Assembly (NCBI GenBank): GCA_027053075.1
Contig: JALUEE010000086.1
Coordinates: forward strand, 36,341-100,340
DNA length: 64,000 nt
DNA from: a candidate division WOR-3 bacterium
GTDB lineage: Bacteria; Hydrothermota; Hydrothermia; B15-G9; WFZT01
Direction: 5' to 3'
Position 1 is the stretch's first letter. Every line of letters starts with the position of its first letter. Shown piece by piece: positions 39,220 through 48,147 of this stretch. The position numbers and the translations under genes are program-made. The notes under the pieces were generated by a model. That model made no database searches. It saw only the letters and a program-made list of their open reading frames with translations, and was not told the origin of the DNA.

Positions 39220-39264
39220 TCCTAAATTGCAATAGCATCCCTAAATGCTTTGCTTACACTGTCT

Positions 39265-40245
39265 TCAAATTTTTGAATCCAGCGCGGCGAGGAATTTTTT
39301 CAACTGCTCCTTTCGCATTTTTCTGAGTTTTTTGCGTTCCTCGGCCTCTTTCCAGAGCCGGCGTTCAAACTCAGACTTCGGTGTGTATGGTGGAAGTGGG
39401 GCAGGCCTGAAATTCTCGTCAATGTGGACAAAAGTCAGGAATGCCGTTGATGTGTGCCTGACCTCACCCTTTGCAGGATTCTCACCAAATATATTCACCC
39501 CTATTTCCATAGACGAGCGTCCGACGTAGTTGAGATATGCGTTCATTGTAACAATCTCTCCTACTCTCAGCGGTGAATAAAAATCCATGGCATCGAGGGA
39601 AGCGGTAACCACAGCCCCTTTTGCATAGCGAAGGGCTAAAATGGCCGAGACCTGGTCGAGGTCCAGCATGAGTTTGCCCGCAAACATTAGCCTTCCAAAT
39701 GTGGCATCCTCAGGCATTACGATCTTTGATACAGACACCTTATATTGGGTCTCCACATTAAAAAGCTCTTCAGCCCTCAGTGGGACTTTGTTCTTCAGCC
39801 TTTTTAATCTCTGCTCCCGTCTTTCCAGGGCAGCCTCGAAAATTTCTGTCTCATCTTTATCAGGCTCAATCTTCACCGGAACCTCTCTTGGTCTTCCCTC
39901 GCTATCAATGGCAACATAAGCCATGTGGGATGAAGTGGTAATCTTTCTCTCTCCTGTATGGGGATTTTCTGAGTGAACCACAATGCCCACTTCCATGGAG
40001 CTCCGGCCAACGTATTCGACCTGGGCATCCAGAATGGCAATTTCACCAATCTTAATAGGGTTTATAAAATCAATGTCGTCCATAGAGCCGAGCACAACGG
40101 GCCCCCGTGCCACACGGGAAGCTGCCATGGATGATGCCGAGGTGAGCCAGTACATCAGCCTGCCACCATAAAGTCCACCTAAAATATTGGCGTGCTCCGG
40201 GAGCACTAACTGAATCATCTCAACGCGGGTGTCTTTGATATGCAT
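39265..40245 (-). CDS. Tandem hotdog-fold acyl-CoA thioesterase
   Basis: PEHANILGGLYGG and PEDATFGRLMFAG domains, duplicated YVGRSSME; start ATG 40245. Confidence 0.9.
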   Translation of the reverse strand: MHIKDTRVEMIQLVLPEHANILGGLYGGRLMYWLTSASSMAASRVARGPVVLGSMDDIDFINPIKIGEIAILDAQVEYVGRSSMEVGIVVHSENPHTGERKITTSSHMAYVAIDSEGRPREVPVKIEPDKDETEIFEAALERREQRLKRLKNKVPLRAEELFNVETQYKVSVSKIVMPEDATFGRLMFAGKLMLDLDQVSAILALRYAKGAVVTASLDAMDFYSPLRVGEIVTMNAYLNYVGRSSMEIGVNIFGENPAKGEVRHTSTAFLTFVHIDENFRPAPLPPYTPKSEFERRLWKEAEERKKLRKMRKEQLKKFLAALDSKI

Positions 40246-40246
40246 T

Positions 40247-40924
40247 CTATTTCTTCTTGCGGAAGAAAGAAAAGACCTTCTTGAGCCCCTTCTTTTCCTC
40301 CTTTTCTTCTTCCTGAACCTTTTCTTCCACGGCCACAGGCTCTTCCTTCTTCTCTGATTTTTCAGCGGAAGCTGAAACAATTTTCTCAAGAACTTCCCTT
40401 CTCTTCTCCTTCACATTTTCCATTTCCTCTGGCAGGCTGAATATGTCTGTTTCTAACTCGTCGGGCTTGGGCCCCACCATTTTAAGCACTTTGAGAGCCT
40501 CAGGGTCAACGAGTCCATGGGGACGATAAAACTCGTAGGCTCCCCAGAGGAGCTTCAAGACCCTCTGGGGCTTTTCATCATAGAGTGAGGTTCCCATGTC
40601 CTGAGCACGAGCGGAAAACTCAAGAATTACCTGGTCAAACATCTCTGGAGGCATCTCAGGTAGCCTTGCTGCTTCCACGATCCCGAGTTTCTTATCCACA
40701 ATCATATATCCACCCCGAACGTTACCCCTTCTTGTGAGTCTTGCAATCACATATAAAAAATCATCGGACCTTTTGTAGTCCGTTATTTTTGAAGTAAAAA
40801 GCCTTGCAAGGTAGGGCTTCTCCTGTTCAACTGCCCTTGCCCTCTTTAATCTTTCCTGTTTTTGCTTGCGTTTCTTTAATTTTTTCTCAACGGATTTCTT
40901 TTTCTTCTTGGGTTTCTTTGCCAT
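40247..40924 (-). CDS. Hypothetical protein with Lys-rich N-terminus and charged C-terminal tail
   Basis: SD GAGGAG before ATG 40924; overlaps the aspS 3' end. Confidence 0.75.
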   Translation of the reverse strand: MAKKPKKKKKSVEKKLKKRKQKQERLKRARAVEQEKPYLARLFTSKITDYKRSDDFLYVIARLTRRGNVRGGYMIVDKKLGIVEAARLPEMPPEMFDQVILEFSARAQDMGTSLYDEKPQRVLKLLWGAYEFYRPHGLVDPEALKVLKMVGPKPDELETDIFSLPEEMENVKEKRREVLEKIVSASAEKSEKKEEPVAVEEKVQEEEKEEKKGLKKVFSFFRKKK

Positions 40925-42650
40925 TTTCGTTCTCCTCATGAATAATTTTTATGTGTAGTTCCCTGAGCTGTGCCTCGTCCACACTCGAGGGTGCACCTTC
41001 AAAGAGTGCCTGTGCCTTTGTGGTTTTGGGGAATGGTATCACATCCCTTATCGTCTCTCTTCCGGCAAATATGGCTACAAATCTATCAAATCCAACAGCT
41101 ATTCCACCGTGCGGTGGTGCCCCGTATTCGAGGGCCTCGAGCAGGAATCCGAATCTGCTTTCCATTCTCTCTTTTGTAAAGCCAATCTTCTCCATTATTT
41201 TTTCCTGAAGCTGACGGTTGTGCACCCTGATGGAACCAGAAGCAAGCTCCACACCGTTTAATACGAGGTCATACTGCTTGGCAATCACCTTTAGCGGGTC
41301 TGTGTCGAGGAATTTAATGTGCTCCTCTTTGGGGTGAGTAAACATGTGGTGCGCGGGCTCGAGCTCCCCTGTATCCTCGTTTATCTCATAAAGAGGGAAA
41401 TCTACAATCCAGAGGAATTTTAGCCCTTTCTCGATAAGGTCGTATTTCTTTGCCACTTCAAGACGGAGAAGACCTGCTATTTTGAAGACCTTCGGGGCCT
41501 TATCCGCGATGATGAGGTAGGTGCCAGCCCCTTCGGGTGAGAATTTGACATACTTTGAGAGCTGACCTGAGAGTTTACCATTATCAAACTTAAACCAGAG
41601 AAGCCCTCCGGCACCCTGCTTTTTCACAAATTCTGTAAGTTCATCAATTTCTTTTCGCGAAATGGGGACCGGGATTTTAATTCCAACAACCTTTCCACTA
41701 TCTTCGATAACAGATTTTAAAACCCTAAAATCAGTATCCTTGAAGTGTTCTGTTAGGTCCTCAAGCTCCATCCCAAACCTCAGGTCTGGCTTGTCAATTC
41801 CGAACCTCCTTATGGCATCGTGGTAGGAGAGTCTCATGAAGGGGATTTCGATCTCAATTCCCATTACCTCACCCAAAACCTGCTTCATCATCCTTTCGAC
41901 GAGTGAGAGGACGTCGTCAACGTCAACAAAGCTCATCTCAAGGTCAATCTGAGTAAATTCGGGCTGTCTGTCCGCTCTCAGGTCCTCGTCTCTGAAGCAT
42001 CTTACTATCTGGAAATATCTATCGAAACCGGAAACCATAAGAATCTGCTTGTAGAGCTGTGGGGACTGGGGTAGTGCGTAAAATTTACCCGGATAGATTC
42101 TCGATGGGACAATAAAATCGCGTGCACCCTCAGGAGTGGATTTGGTGAGGAATGGAGTCTCAATCTCGATAAAACCCTCCTGGCTCAGGAAATTTCTCAC
42201 AGCCTGCATGAATTTGTGCTTGAGGATAATGTTTTTCTGCATTACCGGGCGTCTCAGGTCAAGGAATCTCCAGCGAAGTCGGGTTTCCTCTGATGCCTTT
42301 GTCTCGTCTTCAATAGGGAATGGCGGTGTTTTGGATTCATTTAAAACTCTGATTTCGCTGACCAGGACCTCGATTTCTCCAGTGGCGAGCTCGGGATTTA
42401 CCATGTCTTTGGGACGCGGTCTCACAGTGCCATTTACCTGAATTACATCCTGTGAATTTAGTTTCTTAGCGACCAGGAAAGAATCCTCATTTTGCGGCTC
42501 AACAACTACCTGGGTAACACCATACCTGTCTCTTAAATCAATAAAAACGAGCCCTCCGAGGTCCCTCACCCTTCGGACCCATCCTGAAAGTGTTACAGTC
42601 TCACCAACATGTTTTTTGCGCAATTCACCACACGTATGGGTTCTTAGCAT
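40887..42650 (-). CDS. aspS: Aspartate--tRNA ligase
   Basis: RTHTCGEL, STPEGARDF, PQSPQ, FRDEDLRADRQPEFTQID, GAPPHGG. Confidence 0.97.
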   Translation of the reverse strand: MLRTHTCGELRKKHVGETVTLSGWVRRVRDLGGLVFIDLRDRYGVTQVVVEPQNEDSFLVAKKLNSQDVIQVNGTVRPRPKDMVNPELATGEIEVLVSEIRVLNESKTPPFPIEDETKASEETRLRWRFLDLRRPVMQKNIILKHKFMQAVRNFLSQEGFIEIETPFLTKSTPEGARDFIVPSRIYPGKFYALPQSPQLYKQILMVSGFDRYFQIVRCFRDEDLRADRQPEFTQIDLEMSFVDVDDVLSLVERMMKQVLGEVMGIEIEIPFMRLSYHDAIRRFGIDKPDLRFGMELEDLTEHFKDTDFRVLKSVIEDSGKVVGIKIPVPISRKEIDELTEFVKKQGAGGLLWFKFDNGKLSGQLSKYVKFSPEGAGTYLIIADKAPKVFKIAGLLRLEVAKKYDLIEKGLKFLWIVDFPLYEINEDTGELEPAHHMFTHPKEEHIKFLDTDPLKVIAKQYDLVLNGVELASGSIRVHNRQLQEKIMEKIGFTKERMESRFGFLLEALEYGAPPHGGIAVGFDRFVAIFAGRETIRDVIPFPKTTKAQALFEGAPSSVDEAQLRELHIKIIHEENENGKETQEEKEIR

Positions 42651-42651
42651 G

Positions 42652-43584
42652 TTACCTCCCTGTGAGAGATGGATAGTCGAGGTTGAAACGCCATCTATAA
42701 TAAAGCTTTTGGCCAAAATAAGTCAAAAGCCCGAGGAGCAGTAATGGCAAGAATCTCAGTGAAAGGTAGAGAAGCACCAGTGCCCCCGGGACTCGGTAGG
42801 CAAGCTTCACATGGAGCCCCTCACTGTTGAATATGGATGAGGCCACAAAAGGGAGGCTCAGGGTGGCAACTACCACAACAAAGTAGTCATGTGCAATAAA
42901 GCCAGCCATCAGGGCAAGTAAGATCAGAAAAAATGCGAGAATAGCCGTAACAGTGGGGCCAAAGAAGACCCCTGAAGTTATCTCCCCTGCTTTCCTATCA
43001 CCTTCAATATCAGGAATGGTGGTGCTCATATAAACTCCTGCAACAGAGAGGATGTAGGGTATGGAGTGTGCAAAAGCAGATGAATTTATAGTTCTTACAG
43101 AAATCCAACCGGCGAGAAAATTGAGGAAACCGTAGCCGAAAGCATTGGCAAGCATATCAACTATAGGCTTTCCTTTGAGTTTAACTGGCGGCACCGAGTA
43201 GGCAAGAGCGAGGAGAAAAGAGAGTATCCAGATTATGAGATAGTCGCGTCCCAGTTTAATAGCTATAGCAAAAGAAATCGCCTCAACCACGACAGTGTAA
43301 ATAAGGGCGGTTTTAACAGATATAATGTCATCTGCGATAAGGAAGAGCTTTCTATTGATCCTGTCTGTCTCCTTGTCCGTAATCTGGTTGATTATGTAGG
43401 CCCCACCCATCAAAAGGGTGTAGGAGAGGAAAATCCACCAGAAGCGTGAAGGAAGATTCAGGGTAAAACCGAAGTAATTTAAATTTGCACTCCAGAAATA
43501 GCCCAAAAAGAGAAAAGCCCAAACAGGAGTCAGAAGTGTGGGTCTTAAAAGTATCAGATAATCGAGGGGGTGAGATTTTTTCAT
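42652..43584 (-). CDS. UbiA family prenyltransferase
   Basis: NQITDKETDRIN and IPDIEGD Asp-rich motifs, YSVPPVKLK, multi-TM. Confidence 0.85.
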   Translation of the reverse strand: MKKSHPLDYLILLRPTLLTPVWAFLFLGYFWSANLNYFGFTLNLPSRFWWIFLSYTLLMGGAYIINQITDKETDRINRKLFLIADDIISVKTALIYTVVVEAISFAIAIKLGRDYLIIWILSFLLALAYSVPPVKLKGKPIVDMLANAFGYGFLNFLAGWISVRTINSSAFAHSIPYILSVAGVYMSTTIPDIEGDRKAGEITSGVFFGPTVTAILAFFLILLALMAGFIAHDYFVVVVATLSLPFVASSIFNSEGLHVKLAYRVPGALVLLYLSLRFLPLLLLGLLTYFGQKLYYRWRFNLDYPSLTGR

Positions 43585-43586
43585 TT

Positions 43587-45131
43587 TCAATCTGCAATCA
43601 CATCCGTGATGGAGTGATTGCCATTATAGAAAGAGACGATTACCTGTACCTCTTTATCAAGTGAGACATCCGAAAGTTTGCTATTCGGGTCACTCAATTT
43701 CCCCTCTTCTACAAGCTTTTTAAGCTCTTCAACTCTGGCTCCCACCACCTTAACCTGTATTTCCACTCCGTTTGAGGAAAGTGTTTCTATCTGTGGGTAA
43801 AGGTGCTGAAACCTTTCGAAATCCGCTTCAATATCATACTGAGTGGAGAGGTTGCCATTCTCTTTGAAGTAAATTTCCGTGTCTTCAATAAGATGGGGAA
43901 GGTTCTCTCCCCTCATGCTGAAGCCCGATGCGAGCTTGTGGCCTCCATAGCTGATAAAGAGGTCAGAAAGGTAATCGAGGAGCTCAAGAGAGTTAAAACC
44001 CTTGGGAGCCCGTACCTCTGCTGCCACTGTCCCATCACTCTTACGACCCATCACTATGGTCGGTACACCATACCTGTCCTTTAATTTTGAAGCCAAAAAG
44101 CCGAGATACCTCGGCTCAGTATCTTCCATATCGAGCAGGATATAGTTCCTGACCCTGCTTATCCTTCCGAGGGCCTTTTTAAGGAGTTCTTCGGTATTCG
44201 TCTGCCATTTCTCGATTTCCTGCAGAAGTCCGGCAAGTATGGGCATTATCTCATCTTTATCCCTTCTCAGGAAAATTTCTGCTGAAGGATTAACGCCATC
44301 CACAGACTTGCCTGCAGATGTGATGCTTACAACAATGTCGAAATCCGGGAACTCACCCTTAAGCTCTTGATATGCAGTCTTAAATGGATGATTCCACGAG
44401 TCGAAAAGCTCTCGCCCTTTGAGATAGAGGGCACGGTTTTCATTCCAGAGTGGGACCCGGTCAGCAAGTGTGCCGATGGCAGCCATGATAATTAGGTCTG
44501 GCTTTTTCTCCAAGATCTCTTTTATCCCCCAGCCTTTAAACACTTTTAGGAGTCCCCAGGCTACTTTAAATGCCACACCCACACCTGCAAGATAGGGAAA
44601 GCTCGCACCGCCCAATTTGGGATTAACTACAATTGTATCGGGAAGAACCTTCGGAATTTCATGATGGTCTGTGATTATCACATCTATTCCCATTTCACGG
44701 GCAATTTCGACTTCTTTTACCGATCCCATGCCGCTATCTACTGTTACGATTAGACTCACTCCCTGCTCTTTTACTATTTTTAGGCCCTTTTCTGAAAGTC
44801 CGTGTCCCTCTGTGGCCTTAGAGGGGATGTAATAAGTGGTTATTCCACCAAGATAATCAATGGTGGTCTTGAGCACATAGGTTGAAGTAACACCGTCGGA
44901 GTCTTCATGCCCCCAAACACAAATTTTATCCCGTCTCCCGATGGCTGTAAGAAGCTTTCTCACAGCTTCTCTGATATTCGGCAGACTCTCAGGTGGAGTG
45001 AGATTGAAAATTGTGGGTTCAAATGTAACCGGAATGAGGTCTGGATGTTTAAGTCCCCTTGAATAGAGGAGGTGAGCCAGCTCCTCGTCAAGATTATAGC
45101 CGACCTTGAGTTTTTCGATAACCTCATTCAT
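43587..45131 (-). CDS. DHH/DHHA1 phosphoesterase, RecJ-like but divergent
   Basis: GHEDSDG, TVDSG, ITDHHE, LAGVGVAFK, GTLADRVPL..ENR, GGHKLASG. Confidence 0.85.
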   Translation of the reverse strand: MNEVIEKLKVGYNLDEELAHLLYSRGLKHPDLIPVTFEPTIFNLTPPESLPNIREAVRKLLTAIGRRDKICVWGHEDSDGVTSTYVLKTTIDYLGGITTYYIPSKATEGHGLSEKGLKIVKEQGVSLIVTVDSGMGSVKEVEIAREMGIDVIITDHHEIPKVLPDTIVVNPKLGGASFPYLAGVGVAFKVAWGLLKVFKGWGIKEILEKKPDLIIMAAIGTLADRVPLWNENRALYLKGRELFDSWNHPFKTAYQELKGEFPDFDIVVSITSAGKSVDGVNPSAEIFLRRDKDEIMPILAGLLQEIEKWQTNTEELLKKALGRISRVRNYILLDMEDTEPRYLGFLASKLKDRYGVPTIVMGRKSDGTVAAEVRAPKGFNSLELLDYLSDLFISYGGHKLASGFSMRGENLPHLIEDTEIYFKENGNLSTQYDIEADFERFQHLYPQIETLSSNGVEIQVKVVGARVEELKKLVEEGKLSDPNSKLSDVSLDKEVQVIVSFYNGNHSITDVIAD

Positions 45132-45150
45132 CCTGCGACTCCTTTGTTAA

Positions 45151-45852
45151 TTATGGCGGAGGGGGTGGGATTCGAACCCACGATCCCCTTTTACGGGGAT
45201 ACGCGATTTCGAATCGCGCGCCTTCATCCACTCGGCCACCCCTCCGCATTACCACCATATACTTTCCCTCCAGATAGTCAAGTGAATAATAGTAACCTGA
45301 AAAACCCCGCTTCTCAACTTTTTTCAAAAATTCCTCCGGATGCTCACCCACGATTTCCCCGATTCTAAAGGCTTTCCAGAACTTACGGTACAACCTCGTG
45401 TAAATATTGGGCCGTAAATGGGTCAAAATAAGAAGTCCTCCGGGTTTGGTAACTTTTGCAAACTGGTCAAGGAATTTATCGCCAAGTCCACCTATAACCG
45501 GCATGACTTCCATTGATATTACAACATCAAATTCCCCCTCAAAATTTAAGAAATCCTGAACCATGAAATTGACATTGGGGGGATTTTTTCTCCTCTTGGC
45601 CCAGTTAATAAGTTCAGGGGAAATATCGATGGCGAGGATATTTAATGATGGGAAGTGAACGCCTAACTTTCTTGCGAGAAATCCGGCGCCACAGCCAACC
45701 TCAAGCAGCTTTCCTTTCTTTATCCCTGAATTTTTAAGTATGTGGAAAATGCCTTTAACGGATTTTTCTCGCCATCTCTGGAGTGGTGGACCCGAAAAAG
45801 CCAGCTCTCTTAACCTCGGCAGGGCATAATAAAGCTCCCTAAAAGTCTTCAT
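45151..45852 (-). CDS. Class I SAM-dependent methyltransferase (3' end overlaps tRNA-Ser)
   Basis: LLEVGCGAG, AIDIS, FDVVI, TKPGG; the first in-frame stop lies after the tRNA CCA. Confidence 0.85.
   Translation of the reverse strand: MKTFRELYYALPRLRELAFSGPPLQRWREKSVKGIFHILKNSGIKKGKLLEVGCGAGFLARKLGVHFPSLNILAIDISPELINWAKRRKNPPNVNFMVQDFLNFEGEFDVVISMEVMPVIGGLGDKFLDQFAKVTKPGGLLILTHLRPNIYTRLYRKFWKAFRIGEIVGEHPEEFLKKVEKRGFSGYYYSLDYLEGKYMVVMRRGGRVDEGARFEIAYPRKRGSWVRIPPPPP
45154..45245 (-). tRNA. tRNA-Ser(CGA)
   Basis: GGAGGGG...CCCCTCCGCCA, anticodon arm CGCGA TT-CGA-AA TCGCG, long variable arm, G discriminator. Confidence 0.95.
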
Positions 45853-45892
45853 CACATTATTATAATGCTCTGCCGATGGCTATAAAGACGGC

Positions 45893-47035
45893 TTACTTTA
45901 GCCCCTTAAATCTCTCAACCGCCTCTAATAAGCGTGAAATGCCTTCGCGGATGTTTTCGTCACTGTTGGCAAAAGAGATTCTTATAAATTTCTTCGTTTC
46001 CCCAAAATAAGAGCCCGGCAGAACCGCTACCTGATACTCATCTAACAGGAAATGGGCAAAACTCTCAGAATCCACTCCTACGTAGGGAAAGATGTAAAAG
46101 GCTCCATGAGGTTCCACAAAATCAAGCTTCCCTTTAAGCATGGAAACCACAAGGTCTTTTCTACGCTTAAAGGCTCCCACCATAAAGTCCACCGAATCCT
46201 GGGGACCTTTTATCGCCTCTATGGCAGCCTTCTGGACAAAAGACGTAGCGCAGGATACAGTATTCGTCTGAAGTTTCACAACCTTTCCTACAAATTTCTC
46301 CGGTATAATTCCATACCCAATCCTCCATCCCGTCATTGCATAGGTTTTGGAGAATCCGTCAATCAAAAATAAAAGGTTATCCGCTTCTCCAAAGCTAAAT
46401 GCACTTACGTGCTCACCTTCAAACAAAATGCGGGAATAAATTTCGTCGGAAATTATGTAAATTCCATGCTTTACCGCAATATCAATAATCTCCTTTAGTG
46501 TTTCTCGATCGATTGTTACCCCTGTGGGATTGTGGGGAAAATTGAGAATCAGTGCCCTTGTCTTTTCCGTGATCAGCGATTTTAGCGTCTCGGGCTCGTG
46601 CTTGAATCCCTTCTCCATGGAGAGTTTCCAGGGCACAGGTTTCCCGCCGGCAAGCAGAATATGTGTGTGATACGACATATATCCAGGGTCCGGGTAAATT
46701 ACCTCATCTCCGGGCTCAACTGTAACAAGAAGGGAATAAAGTATCATCATTTTGGCGCCCGGAGTGACAATTATTCTTTCAGGAGAAACCTCTCTACCCC
46801 TGTATTTCCCCTGATACCAGGTGATTGCCTCACGAAGGTCAAGGATGCCCTGCGGATCAGTATAGTGGGTGAACCCCGCCTCCATGGCCTCATAAGCGGC
46901 CTTGATTATGTTCTCAGGAGTCTTGAAGTCTGGCTCCCCGATATGGAGATGAATAACCTTCTTCCCCTGTCTTTCAAGCTCGCGAGCTTTCTTCAAAATT
47001 TCAAATGACGAATGTCCCAGATTCTGAGTTTCCAT
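45893..47035 (-). CDS. PLP-dependent aminotransferase class I/II (AspAT-like)
   Basis: IGEPDF, NFPHNPTG, SDEIY, GFSKTYAMTGWRIG; SD AGGAG. Confidence 0.95.
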   Translation of the reverse strand: METQNLGHSSFEILKKARELERQGKKVIHLHIGEPDFKTPENIIKAAYEAMEAGFTHYTDPQGILDLREAITWYQGKYRGREVSPERIIVTPGAKMMILYSLLVTVEPGDEVIYPDPGYMSYHTHILLAGGKPVPWKLSMEKGFKHEPETLKSLITEKTRALILNFPHNPTGVTIDRETLKEIIDIAVKHGIYIISDEIYSRILFEGEHVSAFSFGEADNLLFLIDGFSKTYAMTGWRIGYGIIPEKFVGKVVKLQTNTVSCATSFVQKAAIEAIKGPQDSVDFMVGAFKRRKDLVVSMLKGKLDFVEPHGAFYIFPYVGVDSESFAHFLLDEYQVAVLPGSYFGETKKFIRISFANSDENIREGISRLLEAVERFKGLK

Positions 47036-47048
47036 AATCCACTCCTTT

Positions 47049-47696
47049 TTAGATGAAGAATTTTGAAAGATCAACGCCAATTATTAATTTTGTTGAAATA
47101 CCAACAAGTGGCCTTAGATACATGCCCAGAACATCCACCCCTATGAGATATGGGGAGAAGAATAAAAGAAGCAGCAAAATAGCCCCATAAGTTTCGTAAA
47201 CCCTGAGTTTCTCGGGTTTTGTATAGGCTGAGACAATACGCCAGCCATCAAGGGGTGGAACCGGGATAAGGTTGAAAAAAGCCAGAATGAGGCTAATAAG
47301 CACAAATATAAGAAGCATATCGTTTAAAGGTGCCAGATATTTTGGCAAAGCGAGTTGACTCGTATAACGGTAAATTACGCCACCGATCACAGCGGTTATG
47401 AGATTCATAAAAGGCCCTGCAAAAGCAACGATCATTACATCACGTTTGGGATTCCTGAGGTTGCTGTAATTTACAGGTACAGGCTTTGCCCATCCAATAT
47501 GGACAAGAAAGAGCATGATAAGACCGATAATATCGATATGTTTAAATGGGTCAAGCGTCATTCTCCCCAGGATCTTTGCAGTTGGATCGCCTAATTTATA
47601 AGCACTGTAAGCATGAGCAAATTCATGCAGTGTCAGTGCCAGCAAAAGGGGCGGTGTAAAGAAAGCAAGCTCATAAAGAATCCTGTAAATGTTCAT
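47049..47696 (-). CDS. Site-2 protease (M50) family protein
   Basis: HEFAH, GWAKPVP, AGP, FNLIPVPPLDG. Confidence 0.95.
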   Translation of the reverse strand: MNIYRILYELAFFTPPLLLALTLHEFAHAYSAYKLGDPTAKILGRMTLDPFKHIDIIGLIMLFLVHIGWAKPVPVNYSNLRNPKRDVMIVAFAGPFMNLITAVIGGVIYRYTSQLALPKYLAPLNDMLLIFVLISLILAFFNLIPVPPLDGWRIVSAYTKPEKLRVYETYGAILLLLLFFSPYLIGVDVLGMYLRPLVGISTKLIIGVDLSKFFI

Positions 47697-47700
47697 ACTC

Positions 47701-48144
47701 TCACCTCATCAAAATTCCTGTTAAAATACCAAAAATTGCACCAACAAGCACTTCAAAAGGAGTATGGCCTAAAAATTCTCTGAGCCTTTCCTCCCTTATC
47801 CTATGCGAAATTTTCAGCTCCTCCATCATTTTGTTAATAACGCGCGCCTGCTGGCCCGCAGCCCTTCTAAGTCCCGCCGCATCGTACATTACGATGAGAC
47901 TGAAGTATAATGTTACTCCAAAAATAACGGAATCGAAACCCTTGTTAATTCCTACTATTGTTGATAGGGACATCACCGAGGCTGAATGGGCACTGGGCAT
48001 TCCCCCGGTGTAAAATAACCACCTAAAATCCGCTTCCCTGTTGATGTACCAGTATAGGAAAAACTTGAAGATCTGAGCAAGAAAGCCCGTCAGTAGTGGT
48101 ACAAGGAAGTATTTATTGGTGAAAATCTGGATTAGAACCTGCAA
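47701..48144 (-). CDS. Divergent PAP2 family (DUF212) protein
   Basis: GGMPSAHSA, VMYDAAGLRRAAG, LGHTPFEV; typical neighbour of ispA. Confidence 0.9.
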   Translation of the reverse strand: MQVLIQIFTNKYFLVPLLTGFLAQIFKFFLYWYINREADFRWLFYTGGMPSAHSASVMSLSTIVGINKGFDSVIFGVTLYFSLIVMYDAAGLRRAAGQQARVINKMMEELKISHRIREERLREFLGHTPFEVLVGAIFGILTGILMR

Positions 48145-48147
48145 GTT

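Noticed and set aside
38752..39235. Two ORFs sharing PTSFACG...FVSGCKKK
   Set aside because: The similarity is explained by the DNA duplication; their starts and ends do not correspond
40246..40389. Arg/Lys-rich N-terminal extension of the thioesterase
   Set aside because: Alternate-frame read of the upstream gene's tail; the real start is probably 40245
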